Below are positions 63,684-64,000 of a stretch of DNA of 64,000 nt, piece by piece. Location of the stretch: the IMG/VR virus record IMGVR_UViG_3300045988_125296; one strand, 5' to 3'. Numbering within the stretch: the first letter of the stretch is position 1; each line of letters starts with the position of its first letter. A program made the position numbers and the translations under genes. The notes below the pieces were generated by a model. The model was not told the origin of the DNA. It saw only the letters and a list, made by a program, of their open reading frames with translations, and did not search any database. Origin of the DNA: a virus.

Positions 63684-64000
63684 AAAAACTTGAACAAGAA
63701 AATGGTTCTTATTTTGTTAGAGACGTAGAGTATGATAAAGATAATAGATATATTTATCAACCGTATGGAAGAGTTTTAAACTATACCCATAGGTATTGGT
63801 ATGACGGGGTTTGCTTTCTGATAGGAGGATATTTCTCGACAAAACCGGAAGTTATGATAGAAGTTGAAAGCGGCGCTTTTGTTGCGAATAAAGACTTTAT
63901 TGACGGAAAGTGTACAGTGGAGAAATTGATAGCTCATTTCAAACAACAACTTCAAAACTCCGGACTTACGATTCATGAGGTTATACGTAATTTTAAATTA
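63677..64000 (+). CDS. hypothetical protein, 3' end outside window
   Basis: The ATG at 63677 overlaps the upstream TAG. 108 codons read by hand with no stop up to the window edge. Confidence 0.5.
   Translation, partial: MVEKLEQENGSYFVRDVEYDKDNRYIYQPYGRVLNYTHRYWYDGVCFLIGGYFSTKPEVMIEVESGAFVANKDFIDGKCTVEKLIAHFKQQLQNSGLTIHEVIRNFKL

Noticed and set aside
1-64000. Alternative genetic code (TAG or TGA reassignment), as seen in some gut phages.
   Set aside because: Long uninterrupted ORFs cover nearly the whole window under the standard code. TAA, TAG and TGA all terminate well-supported genes at tight ATGA or TAATG junctions. The only gene-free stretch (17.35-18.65 kb) is not rescued by reading through a single stop type.

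Overview
This is an AT-rich 64-kb segment of a large dsDNA phage with a contractile (myovirus-type) tail. All supported genes but one are on the + strand. They are tightly packed, with many ATGA or TAATG stop/start overlaps. I saw no rRNA, tRNA, CRISPR array, integrase or transposase. Layout: (i) 1-17.3 kb holds accessory and early genes: an SGNH esterase open to the window edge, a large repeat protein, a divergent LuxR/DnaA-C-like regulator pair, an unusual Cys/Gly-rich protein pair, ATP-dependent DNA ligase, GTP cyclohydrolase I, Nudix-like and MazG-like enzymes, a DUF2829 (Tad2-like) protein, Fe/Mn superoxide dismutase and Dps. (ii) 17.35-18.65 kb is a 1.3-kb non-coding hub with iteron-like repeats and perfect palindromes. 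(iii) 18.65-26.5 kb starts with a 2.4-kb cassette encoding a type IB topoisomerase, bracketed by two near-identical ~77-bp promoter-bearing direct repeats, followed by hypothetical genes and a very lysine-rich protein. (iv) 26.7-54.7 kb is the packaging, head, lysis, tail and baseplate module: QueD, large terminase, portal, scaffold, capsid, BACON/Ig-like proteins, amidase, sheath, tube, tape measure, LysM protein, hub, gp25-like, J-like and fibre. (v) 54.7-64 kb is a replication module: an SF2 helicase carrying a LAGLIDADG intein in its P-loop, an HeH/acidic/Tudor-like protein, an HTH protein, a DnaC-like loader and a DnaB-like helicase. Several intergenic regions match the Bacteroides-type promoter pattern TTTG-N19-21-TAnnTTTG. 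Together with the BACON-like domains, this suggests a Bacteroidota host. Functions are assigned from motifs read by eye, gene order and size, because no database search was possible. Hypothetical calls rest on ORF length and operon context only.
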